Source: an uncultured Pirellulaceae bacterium (GTDB lineage: Bacteria > Planctomycetota > Planctomycetia > Pirellulales > Pirellulaceae). From it: DNA of 64,000 nt. The translations under genes were made by a program, and so were the position numbers. Positions 28,675 through 38,341 of the stretch are shown piece after piece. The number at the start of each line of letters is the position of its first letter. Position 1 is the stretch's first letter. The notes beneath the pieces are model-generated. The model saw only the letters and a program-made list of their open reading frames with translations, was not told where the DNA came from and did no database searches. The stretch lies in contig CAYTPS010000001.1 in the NCBI GenBank assembly GCA_964439245.1, forward strand, positions 1,886 to 65,885. The letters run 5' to 3'.

Positions 28675-30533
28675 GCGATCAGTTTCCTTAGTCGAATGAT
28701 TGTAATTTTGAGTTGTTCGGCAGCGGCATTTTTCAGCTCGGTGTCGCGGTCGTTTTTCAAACGCACCTCTAACATTTGGAGCATCTCTTCAGCGCTCTTT
28801 CCCGTCGCACATACGATAAAGATAAAGCCAAATTTTTCAAAATACTCGTCGTTGGCAGTCGCAAGTCGTTGCAACACTGCTTCGTCGGCAGAATCGACGC
28901 CCGATTGTTCGCCGCTGGCGATAGCTTTTGTATTGGCGTACTTGGCTCGTAAAGTACCGACATCACCAATGCGCGGGTGAGCCGAAAATGCTTCCAAAAG
29001 ATCGGCCTCGCTAATGTTGTTCCAGCTTTCCGTTGCGAAGCGGATGACTTCATCGTCATTATCAAACGGGCCGCTTGACATCATGCGATCAATCCATGTC
29101 TTGGAGGCGCAGCAGGATTCAAGCAGCACATACTTCCCGTTGTCGGAGCGACAATTTAATGCCGAGGCGATGCTCATATTGGGCTTTCGTGTCAGTAAAC
29201 GTCCGCCTGGCTCGCCTACAAGGCCATCCTTTTTGGCTTGGCTAGAATCGTAAACTAGGTTTCCGCGGACAAAAGTACGATGGACAACTCCATTAAGACT
29301 ACAGCCCTCGTAAGGCGTGATCGGGTGTCGATGATAGAGTTCACTGGCTTCGACCGTGAAGGCTGATTTTGAATCCCAGACAACAAGATCAGCGTCGTAG
29401 CCTTTCGCAATACGTCCTTTTGTTTTACCGAGGCCAAAAATTTCTGCCGGTCGACCAGAAAGTCGATCGGCCAATAGTTCTAAACTCCAATTCTGTTTCT
29501 TTGCAAGCGTGGCCATGATGCTGAGCGTCAATTGTAGGCTCGCTATACCGCCCCAAGCTTTTGATAGGTTGCCAGATTCGAGTTGCTTCATATCCAAGGG
29601 GCACGGTGAATGATCTGATCCGATAGTTTCAATCAGTCCATTTTCGACGGCAGAGCGTAATTCGTCTTGATTGGTTTTTTCGCGGATGGGCGGCGTACAC
29701 TTGAACGGCGTTGCTCCGTCTTCGATTTCCTCTGAGCAGAAACTCAAATAATGCGGGCACGTTTCAACCGTGATCGGTATCCCGCTTTTTTTGGCCGCAG
29801 CAATTTGCGCTAGTGCCTCTTTTGTCGCCAGATGAACGATATGTACAGGCGTCTTGAACTCCTCACACAGCTTGATCACCAATTCGATAGCGTCGATTTC
29901 ATACTGCGGCGGACGGCTTCGGACAAATTCAGCAAACGATCGTTCGTCTGCTGCGGCCGGTGAAGCGCCAATGATCTCCGCATGCACTAGCAAGGGAACG
30001 CCAGATGCTTTGAGCGTCGCCAACGCCGACCGAAGCTCGGATTCTCCGGAGGCTGGGAATTCATCAAGGCCAGAGTCGCACATGAAAGCCTTGAGTCCAA
30101 AGACGCCAGCTTCGACTAAAGGTTGTATGTCGCTTTGGTTATTTGGAACGACGCCACCATAAAATCCAACATCAACACGGCACTTGCCCTCGGCAGCTGT
30201 ACGTTTTTCTTTTAGCGCCGCTACTGTGGTTGTTACAGGGCTGCTGTTGAGCGGCATGTCAATCAACGTAGTGACGCCACCAGCGGCCGCAGCTGCGGTT
30301 GCTGTTTCAAAACCTTCCCAGTCGCTGCGTCCAGGCTCATTGATGTGTACATGGGCATCAACCACGCCCGGAGAGATGACTAGGTCGCCAAAATCGATAG
30401 CTTCTAGATCAGCCGGCAAGCTATCGGGACTCGTTACATCAGCGATCAAGCCGTACTCGATGACGATGGCGGCCGATCGTTCGCCCTTAGAAGTAACGAC
30501 GCGCGAACTACTAATTGCAAATCGATTTCGCAT
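28671..30533 (-). CDS. allB: Allantoinase fused to a C-terminal OHCU decarboxylase domain
   Basis: aa 1-~447 carry DAHVHINEPG, GGVTTLIDMPLN, ETCPHYL, FKCTPPIR and SDHSP. aa ~453-620 carry AFSAHPRIG, EQSG, Y.EKFGFIFIVCATG and EQLKI..IRL. Confidence 0.9.
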   Translation of the reverse strand: MRNRFAISSSRVVTSKGERSAAIVIEYGLIADVTSPDSLPADLEAIDFGDLVISPGVVDAHVHINEPGRSDWEGFETATAAAAAGGVTTLIDMPLNSSPVTTTVAALKEKRTAAEGKCRVDVGFYGGVVPNNQSDIQPLVEAGVFGLKAFMCDSGLDEFPASGESELRSALATLKASGVPLLVHAEIIGASPAAADERSFAEFVRSRPPQYEIDAIELVIKLCEEFKTPVHIVHLATKEALAQIAAAKKSGIPITVETCPHYLSFCSEEIEDGATPFKCTPPIREKTNQDELRSAVENGLIETIGSDHSPCPLDMKQLESGNLSKAWGGIASLQLTLSIMATLAKKQNWSLELLADRLSGRPAEIFGLGKTKGRIAKGYDADLVVWDSKSAFTVEASELYHRHPITPYEGCSLNGVVHRTFVRGNLVYDSSQAKKDGLVGEPGGRLLTRKPNMSIASALNCRSDNGKYVLLESCCASKTWIDRMMSSGPFDNDDEVIRFATESWNNISEADLLEAFSAHPRIGDVGTLRAKYANTKAIASGEQSGVDSADEAVLQRLATANDEYFEKFGFIFIVCATGKSAEEMLQMLEVRLKNDRDTELKNAAAEQLKITIIRLRKLIA

Positions 30534-30553
30534 CCAATAACTTTCAGGGTTGG

Positions 30554-31402
30554 TTACGAATCTCTTCGAACGGTCGCCGATATTACGCCATACGGTTCTG
30601 GAGACGGAACGAAAATGTCGTTGTCGTTTTCAAGATCTAATTTTGCAATGTCGGCCAACAGGTGGTGTTGGTTCGGCATGTCCAGCGAGATTTCACTGAT
30701 CTCGGGGCAGGCCGAAAGCACAGATTCGCCCATTTCATATAGTGTCTTTTGAACTGAAGGGCTGAACTGATGAGCAAAAACATCCAGCAACAACTTACGC
30801 ACAGTGGTGCGTGTTTGTGTCCAATCGTGGTCAAGGTTTTTGCAAGGCCAGTCCGCGGTAATCGTGGTGGCAAAAATACGATCCGAAGTAGGTTTTAGCG
30901 TTGTGAATTTGTCCTGGTGAAAATTTTCGAATCCGGAATTAGTTGTCTTGAGCACTTGCAAACCCAACAATCCCGAAGTCATCGAAACGCCGTCGCTCGA
31001 GGAAACGACCGTGCAAGTATTCTCTTCCTTACCGCCCCCGGTGAAGGCATGTCCGTGCGCTTCACCATCGAGGTCGATACGGGTCCAAAGCTGTTGCTTG
31101 ACCGAAATCGTCACTTGTTCGACTTGCTCAAAGCTGTCGTAAAAATGTGCGGCTAGATGTTGTGCGTAAGTCTCGATGTTATCGACGCCGTGCAAACGAG
31201 CGACGCCGTAAACGGAATTCTTCATGGTGTCCGTTGGAACAACCAAGCTGTTATCACCATTTGTGTAGGCCGCATCAAAATTACCTTCTAACGCTACGTT
31301 GACTTCGATTTGAATGAAGTCGTGGGTGTTATCCCGACGTGTAACGTAAGACAAACAAACTTTTGCTTTACCGTAGGATTGTTTTGCCAGTGCAATACTC
31401 AT
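30554..31402 (-). CDS. uox: Cofactor-independent urate oxidase (uricase)
   Basis: Motifs YGK, VPTDTMKN, VLKTT.SGF, SPSVQKTLY and MPNQH. Confidence 0.95.
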   Translation of the reverse strand: MSIALAKQSYGKAKVCLSYVTRRDNTHDFIQIEVNVALEGNFDAAYTNGDNSLVVPTDTMKNSVYGVARLHGVDNIETYAQHLAAHFYDSFEQVEQVTISVKQQLWTRIDLDGEAHGHAFTGGGKEENTCTVVSSSDGVSMTSGLLGLQVLKTTNSGFENFHQDKFTTLKPTSDRIFATTITADWPCKNLDHDWTQTRTTVRKLLLDVFAHQFSPSVQKTLYEMGESVLSACPEISEISLDMPNQHHLLADIAKLDLENDNDIFVPSPEPYGVISATVRRDS

Positions 31403-31447
31403 GAATTCCTCGTCGCGTAACTGAAAATATTTTGTTCGTTGCCTCGA

Positions 31448-32200
31448 TCAGATCTTTTCGCTCAACCGATCACGATGAATGTCTTTGTAGTAGATATAGC
31501 TCGCCGGTGTTTTTCCCATCGCTACAAACCATTGCGGACAATAAGAAGCCATCCAGATTACGTCGCCCTCGGTGACAGGAAAATAGTCATCGCTCAATCG
31601 ATAGACACCTTTTCCGGCAAGCATCATCAACCCATGTTCCATAGTGTGGATTTCGACCTGAGGCAACGTCGCGCCTGGTTGATAGGTGAAAATATTGACG
31701 GCCATGTCAAACTCAGGTTGGATCGGCAATAGTGTCTGTAGCCGAGCATCCTCGTCCCCCATAAAGGGCTCACCGGGCACATCGGCCGATTTTCCGATGA
31801 CAGGCGTGGGAGTACTGTGCTCAAGACATTCGTTGTACTCTTTTTCGAAAACGATCAACTTTGACTCAGCATCGCCGCTGATGGTGTGTTGCAAATCAGC
31901 TGGGAGAAACGCGTAGTCGCCGCTTTCCAAAGCGTGGCTGTCCGAATCGTCAATCGTTAGCGTGCACTTGCCGCTTTGTACGTAGAAGAATCGTTGGATG
32001 CCGACACCGGGGGTGCCACTTTTTCCACCAGCCTCGATGGTAGCCGTGTACTGCGTGAAACGCGCACCCATTTCCGGAGAGATGTGGATCACGGCCGAGG
32101 CTTTTTCCCACCCGACAAGCGGCGAGTGTACGTGAGTGTCCGCAGTGATCAAAGCGTAATCGCTTGCCAGTTTGCTTCGTGTAAAACCAAAAACTTCCAT
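31448..32200 (-). CDS. allE: (S)-ureidoglycine aminohydrolase (bicupin)
   Basis: Motifs GARFTQY, VEIHTMEHG, GD.IWMASYCPQWF and YIYYKD..R. Confidence 0.93.
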   Translation of the reverse strand: MEVFGFTRSKLASDYALITADTHVHSPLVGWEKASAVIHISPEMGARFTQYTATIEAGGKSGTPGVGIQRFFYVQSGKCTLTIDDSDSHALESGDYAFLPADLQHTISGDAESKLIVFEKEYNECLEHSTPTPVIGKSADVPGEPFMGDEDARLQTLLPIQPEFDMAVNIFTYQPGATLPQVEIHTMEHGLMMLAGKGVYRLSDDYFPVTEGDVIWMASYCPQWFVAMGKTPASYIYYKDIHRDRLSEKI

Positions 32201-32292
32201 CGAATTTCCAGTGCAATCAGCGTTTGTATTTCAATACCGCTAGGGGTGAAAACAAGTTCGGTATTTGTGTGAGGTCAGGTTTTCAACTTATT

Positions 32293-33576
32293 CTAAAAAG
32301 AATCGGAGACTCGAATCAAAGAGTCGATCATCACTCTCAACGCGACTTCGATGTCCTCTCGAGTGGCAAGTTCGCTGTGATGATGGCTAACTCCATCCTT
32401 GCATCGAACGAACAACATACACGTTTGAGTCATTCGCGCCATGATCATTGCATCGTGACCCGCGCCACTAACCATTGTCTTTTTCGTATGGCCAACATTT
32501 TCGATGCTGCTAAGTAGTTGTTCGGTTAGTTGCCGGTCCATCTGAGTGGCCAAATTGAACTGCGCGGTGACGACCTCGCCGACAACGTTTCGCGATTCAG
32601 CAATGCTGTGAATCGCAGAATTAATTTTTTCGTATGCCTCGTCACGTACCTTGTCCGACGCATGCCGAAGGTCTAAACGTAGATCGGTTTGAGCGCTGAT
32701 CACATTTGAGATTCCCGGAAGCGCGTCAATGTAGCCTACTGTCGCGAATAGTCCTTCCGTCTGTTGGCCAATCTCTTCAATCTTCAAAATTAACTCAGCA
32801 GCCGCCGCCAGCGCGTCTTTTCGTCGGTCATGGGGGACAGTTCCGGCATGACCAGCTTCACCAGTGAAGCGAATGTCGGCTCTTGTTTGGCCAGCAATTG
32901 CAGTCACCACACCCACTGAAAGGTCTTCGTCTTGGAGAGAGGCGGCTTGCTCGATGTGGGCTTCCAAGAATCCAACCAAGTTCTTCTGGCGATAAGAAGC
33001 CGATTCAATAGACGATACGTCACAGCCAAAATCGTCAAGCGCTTGACGCATTGAAACGGAATCTTGATCAGCGCGATCGAGGTCCTCCGCAGTAAGATCG
33101 CCCGTCAATCCCAGCGATCCCACGAAAGGAAATGAGTAGCGAATTCCTTCTTCTTCGGAGAATCCAACAACTTCGAGGTCGAAGTTTAGATCAATTTCTG
33201 CGCGATACAAAAGCTCCGCCACGCCTAGTCCCAAGATGACTCCTAATGTTCCGTCAAATTTTCCCGCATTGATCACGGTGTCCAAATGTGACCCGATCAT
33301 GAACACTGGCCGGGGTGATTCTAAAGTAACGCGACTGGAAGACTTCTTGCCAATTAAATTTCCGACCGAATCTAAACGGCAGTCCATTCCGATCGCCTGA
33401 AACCAATCGGCCATTTGCCCGTGTGCGTTCTTCATAGAGTCTGAACAAAAAAGGCGAGTCAATCCTTTTTCACTATCAGAGAAAGATGCAAAAGAGTCGC
33501 ATCGCTCTACAATCTGATCCACTACCGCTAAAATGTGCTTCTCTTCAATAATCTGATGTAATTCGGAATCTAACAT
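32293..33576 (-). CDS. allC: Allantoate amidohydrolase (M20)
   Basis: Motifs GSHLDTV..AG.FDG.LG, EEEG, EAHIEQ, GHAGTVP...R.DAL, SGAGHDA and G.SHH..E; adjacent to allE. Confidence 0.88.
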   Translation of the reverse strand: MLDSELHQIIEEKHILAVVDQIVERCDSFASFSDSEKGLTRLFCSDSMKNAHGQMADWFQAIGMDCRLDSVGNLIGKKSSSRVTLESPRPVFMIGSHLDTVINAGKFDGTLGVILGLGVAELLYRAEIDLNFDLEVVGFSEEEGIRYSFPFVGSLGLTGDLTAEDLDRADQDSVSMRQALDDFGCDVSSIESASYRQKNLVGFLEAHIEQAASLQDEDLSVGVVTAIAGQTRADIRFTGEAGHAGTVPHDRRKDALAAAAELILKIEEIGQQTEGLFATVGYIDALPGISNVISAQTDLRLDLRHASDKVRDEAYEKINSAIHSIAESRNVVGEVVTAQFNLATQMDRQLTEQLLSSIENVGHTKKTMVSGAGHDAMIMARMTQTCMLFVRCKDGVSHHHSELATREDIEVALRVMIDSLIRVSDSF

Positions 33577-33699
33577 TCTAGAAATTGTGAAGTTGTCGCC
33601 AGGAGAATGCTTGGAGTTTGTATCGTCGGCAAGCGTCGCTGTAGGTATATTAGTTGGAGAAGAAGCCCGCCCAATAAGTAACCTTCAAAAAAGGACCGC

Positions 33700-35148
33700 A
33701 TGCGAGACCATATCTTACTCTTTGTAAACGGAAAACGAAATCGCATTAGCGGTGTGGACGCTTTTCGGACACTATCAGATTTCCTGCGTCGCGTATTAAA
33801 CCTTTGTGGAACAAAGATTGTTTGCTCCGAAGGCGATTGTGGATCTTGCAGCGTCCTTTGCGGCACGCCAGATTTTGAGAACCGAACGTTTTCCTACAAG
33901 GCGATCGATTCGTGTATTCGATTTGTCTACCAGCTTGATGGCTGCAACATTGTTACGGTCGAAGGTCTTGCCGAAAACAAAATCCAAGGTGGCAAACTTA
34001 ATTGCGTGCAGCAAGCCATGGTCGATTGCCACGGGTCTCAGTGCGGTTTTTGTACACCCGGTTTTGTGATGGCGATGACAGGAATCTTGGAAGATGTTCC
34101 GCAGCCGAACGAAAACGATTGGCGGCGCGGCCTGACAGGAAACCTTTGCCGCTGTACTGGTTATTCGCCGATTATAGAAGCCGGTTTAAAGTGTGATGCA
34201 AAATCATCGCCCTCGATGAACGAGTGCTTCGATCCCGCGACGATGCTAGAAGCGATTGGTGATTCAAGCAACGAAGAGATTAAAGTCGTATCGGATTCCC
34301 AAACGATCTACAGTCCCACCACGGTTGATCAAGCAGTTGACTTCATTGCGCAGAATTTAGAGGCTCGGATCGTCGCTGGCGCTACTGACATTGGTGTTCA
34401 GTTCAACAAAGGTTATTGCGATTCCAAAGTTTGGTTGGATTTGAATCGCGTTGCCTCGTTAAAAGTGGCGTCCCATACCGGCGGCGCCCTTGTTGCCGGT
34501 TCAGGGGCCACCTGGTCGGACATTGAAACGCTGATCGAGAAAGACCTACCTCAGTTCCATCAGATTCTCACTTGGTTCGGTTCTCCGCAGATTCGAAATG
34601 TCGGCACGATCGGCGGTAACATTATCAACGCTTCGCCTATTGCGGACTCACTGCCGCTGATGTTTGCCTGTGATGCCGAACTTCAATTGCGTGGAAGTAA
34701 CGGAACACGCGAAGTGAAGATCAACGACTTCTATCAGGGCTACAAGAAGTTTGATTTGCAACCGGGAGAGTTACTTTCGCAAGTCCGGATTCCTTTGCCG
34801 GCAGAAGATGAGGAGCTGAGACTATACAAGATTTCAAGACGCCAAGACCTAGACATCTCAAGCTTTACTGGCGCTATCAAGATGAAACTCGAGGGAACCA
34901 CGGTCCAATCGGCTGCGATTGCCTACGGAGCTGTAGGGCCGGTTGTATTGCGATTGCCGAAAACAGAATCGTTTTTGGTCGGTAAAGAACTGAGCCAAGA
35001 GACGATGCAGGCCGCTGGCGAGATCGCCGTGAGCGAGATTACGCCAATCACCGATGTTCGCGGCGGCGACGATTATCGATTCCAGTTAGCTCGGAACGTG
35101 CTTCTGAAGTTCCTGTATGAAGTGCGTCCCGAAGGAGCACTCGCATGA
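33700..35148 (+). CDS. xdhA: Xanthine dehydrogenase small subunit (2Fe-2S and FAD)
   Basis: Motifs GTK..CSEGDCGSC, SQCGFCTPGF, GNLCRCTGY, AGATD, QIRN.GTIGGN..NASPIAD and YKISRR..DIS. Confidence 0.94.
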   Translation: MRDHILLFVNGKRNRISGVDAFRTLSDFLRRVLNLCGTKIVCSEGDCGSCSVLCGTPDFENRTFSYKAIDSCIRFVYQLDGCNIVTVEGLAENKIQGGKLNCVQQAMVDCHGSQCGFCTPGFVMAMTGILEDVPQPNENDWRRGLTGNLCRCTGYSPIIEAGLKCDAKSSPSMNECFDPATMLEAIGDSSNEEIKVVSDSQTIYSPTTVDQAVDFIAQNLEARIVAGATDIGVQFNKGYCDSKVWLDLNRVASLKVASHTGGALVAGSGATWSDIETLIEKDLPQFHQILTWFGSPQIRNVGTIGGNIINASPIADSLPLMFACDAELQLRGSNGTREVKINDFYQGYKKFDLQPGELLSQVRIPLPAEDEELRLYKISRRQDLDISSFTGAIKMKLEGTTVQSAAIAYGAVGPVVLRLPKTESFLVGKELSQETMQAAGEIAVSEITPITDVRGGDDYRFQLARNVLLKFLYEVRPEGALA

Positions 35149-37505
35149 ATGAGCACTCGAACAACAGACTAGAGCGAGCCAAGGTATCTGACGGAGTTTC
35201 GGTCGGCAAATCGATCCCGCACGATTCGGCGATTGGTCACGTTACTGGTTCGGCACCCTACATCGATGATCTGCCACGTCGAGTGGACGAGTTGTTTGTC
35301 GGATTTGCCGGTTCGCCATTTGCTGCCGGCAAGATAGACTCAGTCGAACTGAAGGCTGCCCAAGCGGTTGAAGGTGTTGCTTGTGTTTTGACACACGACG
35401 ATGTTGGTCCACACAATATTTTTGGTCCTCTATTTTGCGACGAACCTTTTTTGGCCGATGGCGAATTGCTATATGTTGGCCAGCCCGTAGTGATCGTAGC
35501 GGCCGAAACAAAAGAAGCATTGGCCGAGGGCATCAGCCGTGTCGTGATTAACGCGACACCCTCGAATCCGATTCTGAGTGTCGATGAAGCTATCAAGCAA
35601 AAGAAGTTCATCGGCCCAAGACGCCAAATCAAATGCGGCGATCCAGAGACCGCCATCAATAATGCCCCAGAAAAACTCTCTGGGAAATTTTATATCGGCG
35701 GGCAAGAACAGTTTTATCTTGAATCACAAGCCGCGATCGCTTTTCCGGGAGAACAAGATCAGCTGATTGTTCATTCGTCGACACAGAACACGACTGAAAT
35801 TCAGACCATGGTCGCCGAAGTACTTGGGCTATCGATGCACCAAGTCGTTTGTATTTGCAAGCGAATGGGCGGGGCTTTTGGTGGCAAGGAAACTCAGGCT
35901 GTTATCCCCGCGCTGATGGTTTCGCTGGTAGCTCAGCGTACCGGCCGGGCGGCCCGAATCGTCTACGATAAAGACAAAGACATGTGCGTCACTGGCAAAC
36001 GGCATGCGTATGTTTGCAATTGGGAAGTCGGATTTAAACCAGACGGTGAAATTGTTGGCCTGAAGTGTGATTTTTATTCCGACGGCGGCGCCGCAGCGGA
36101 TCTTTCGACATCGGTTATGGAACGGACGCTGTTGCATGCCGATAATTCGTACTTCCTTGAGCATGCGGAATTTAACGGACAGGTTTGTAAAACGAACGTT
36201 CCACCCAATACAGCGTTCCGAGGGTTCGGCGGACCACAAGCCGTTGCCGCGACAGAAAACATTATTGAGCGTATCGCCGAACATTTGAAAATCGATGCGT
36301 TTGATTTGCGACTAAGGAACACCTATGGCCAAATGGATCGTAATGTAACGCCGTATGGTCAACTGTTCTCTGGTAATCACATGTCCGAGATCATGGAAAC
36401 GCTAGCCGATTCATCAAACTATCGGCAGCGCGTTGCGGAACTTTCCGAACGCAATAGCGCTGATAGGATGAATCTGCACGGTATCTCGATGACACCGGTG
36501 AAGTTTGGCATTTCCTTCACGACGAAGTTTTTGAATCAAGCCAACGCTTTGGTCAATGTTTACACCGACGGTACGATTCAGGTTTCAACCGGTGGCACCG
36601 AGATGGGGCAGGGGTTGAACACCAAAATCCGACAATTGGTCGCTGACGAATTTGGTGTCGGATACCCCAATGTTATCGTGATGCCTACATCAACAGAGAA
36701 GAATAACAATACTTCGCCAACGGCGGCTTCGGCTGGAACGGATCTCAATGGTGCTGCGGCCGTCAACGCAAGCCAAATCATCAAGAAACGGCTGGCCAAT
36801 TTTGCAGCAGATCTATTTGCGTCGCCCGGGAGAGGTTTGATTCCGTCTCCCGATCACATCGATTTCGTTGGTGGAATTGTGAGCGACGCGCGGCAACCGG
36901 GAAGCGGCATTCCCTTTGGCGAGCTCTGTAATCGAGCTCGCTTGGAACGTATCGATCTGGGCGCTCGAGGTTTTTACAAGACGCCGGGTGTTGATTTCAA
37001 CAGGGAAACTGGCAAAGGTAATCCGTTCTTATATTACACCCAAGGCGCGGCAGTTGCCGAAGTCTCGATCGATCGATTCACTGGCGAGCTAACAGTGCCG
37101 CGGGTCGATCTCTTGATGGATATCGGAAAATCGATCAATCCGAAAGTCGATATGGGGCAGATCACCGGCGGCTTTATCCAAGGAATGGGCTGGGTCACAG
37201 CAGAGTGTTTGGTGTACGACGAAAAAGGAAACTTACTCTCCCATTCACCAACAACCTACAAGATCCCCGCGATCACCGATGTGCCACCTGAGTTCAACTG
37301 TGCATTCTTCCCCAACGATGACAACCTGCATTGTGTTCGAAGAAGTAAAGCAGTCGGTGAGCCGCCGTTGTTGTTGGGTGTTGCGGCGTGGGCTGCGGTG
37401 AAAAATGCGCTGTCGTTTTTGCCCGGCAATCATGATCCTAACCTAAAACTACCGGCAACCGGCGAGGAGATTTTGCGGTGTCTCTCAGAGCAAGGTAAAG
37501 GCTAA
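35145..37505 (+). CDS. xdhB: Xanthine dehydrogenase molybdopterin-binding subunit
   Basis: Motifs HDSA..HVTG, QEQFYLE, RMGGAFGGKETQ, NTAFRGFGGPQ, GGTEMGQGL and SKAVGEPP; ATGA overlap with xdhA. Confidence 0.95.
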   Translation: MNEHSNNRLERAKVSDGVSVGKSIPHDSAIGHVTGSAPYIDDLPRRVDELFVGFAGSPFAAGKIDSVELKAAQAVEGVACVLTHDDVGPHNIFGPLFCDEPFLADGELLYVGQPVVIVAAETKEALAEGISRVVINATPSNPILSVDEAIKQKKFIGPRRQIKCGDPETAINNAPEKLSGKFYIGGQEQFYLESQAAIAFPGEQDQLIVHSSTQNTTEIQTMVAEVLGLSMHQVVCICKRMGGAFGGKETQAVIPALMVSLVAQRTGRAARIVYDKDKDMCVTGKRHAYVCNWEVGFKPDGEIVGLKCDFYSDGGAAADLSTSVMERTLLHADNSYFLEHAEFNGQVCKTNVPPNTAFRGFGGPQAVAATENIIERIAEHLKIDAFDLRLRNTYGQMDRNVTPYGQLFSGNHMSEIMETLADSSNYRQRVAELSERNSADRMNLHGISMTPVKFGISFTTKFLNQANALVNVYTDGTIQVSTGGTEMGQGLNTKIRQLVADEFGVGYPNVIVMPTSTEKNNNTSPTAASAGTDLNGAAAVNASQIIKKRLANFAADLFASPGRGLIPSPDHIDFVGGIVSDARQPGSGIPFGELCNRARLERIDLGARGFYKTPGVDFNRETGKGNPFLYYTQGAAVAEVSIDRFTGELTVPRVDLLMDIGKSINPKVDMGQITGGFIQGMGWVTAECLVYDEKGNLLSHSPTTYKIPAITDVPPEFNCAFFPNDDNLHCVRRSKAVGEPPLLLGVAAWAAVKNALSFLPGNHDPNLKLPATGEEILRCLSEQGKG

Positions 37506-37520
37506 ATTAGTGCCGAACTG

Positions 37521-38321
37521 ATGAAGAATGACCTTACTCATATTGAAGCGCTCTCCAAAATTGCACGCACTGGCGCGGCATTTGTCGTCGTTACCATGGT
37601 GGAATCAACAGGAAGCACTCCTCAAGATCCCGGTACCCGCATGCTGGTTGACCAAACGGGTTTAGTCCACGGCACCGTCGGAGGTGGCAAAGTTGAACAC
37701 GCAGCGATTGAGCATGCCAAAACAATGCTTTCGGATGCCACAAATAATCGGCAGCTGATTGATTGGAATTTACAGCGCGATATTGGCATGACCTGTGGCG
37801 GGTTGGTGAAACTTTTTTTTGAAGTCTACAACCGAAACGACTGGCATATCGTTGTCTTTGGCGCCGGCCATGTTGCTCAAGCGCTCGTTCGGCTACTGCT
37901 GACGCTTGATTGTCGAGTTACCTGTTTAGATTCGCGCTCTCAGTGGCTGGACAAAATGGATGATGATGAAAGGCTGCGAAAGATTTGCGCCGAAGATCTC
38001 AGGCAATTCGCCTCTTCGCTGAATAATTCCGACTATGTCATCTGCATGACAATGGGTCACTCGACTGATCGTCCGGTGCTGTCAACGATCTTCAAAAGTG
38101 GCATTCAACCGGCGTATCTTGGCGTCATCGGTAGCAAATCAAAACGCGGGGCATTGCTGCGGGAATTGAAAAGTGAAGGAATCGACGAAGAGACAGCAAA
38201 TGGCTTTCAATGTCCTATGGGATTACCAATTGGATCCAACCAACCTGCAGAGATAGCAATCAGTATTGTCGCAGAGCTTTTGCAAGTGCGCGACGCGCGA
38301 CTTACTCAAGCGTCGGTTTAG
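37521..38321 (+). CDS. xdhC: Xanthine dehydrogenase accessory protein
   Basis: Motifs GSTP, GTVGGG..E, GMTCGG, FGAGHV, YLGVIGSKSK and P.EIAISI.AELL. Confidence 0.93.
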   Translation: MKNDLTHIEALSKIARTGAAFVVVTMVESTGSTPQDPGTRMLVDQTGLVHGTVGGGKVEHAAIEHAKTMLSDATNNRQLIDWNLQRDIGMTCGGLVKLFFEVYNRNDWHIVVFGAGHVAQALVRLLLTLDCRVTCLDSRSQWLDKMDDDERLRKICAEDLRQFASSLNNSDYVICMTMGHSTDRPVLSTIFKSGIQPAYLGVIGSKSKRGALLRELKSEGIDEETANGFQCPMGLPIGSNQPAEIAISIVAELLQVRDARLTQASV

Positions 38322-38341
38322 CTTAGTCTCGAAAGTGGATG

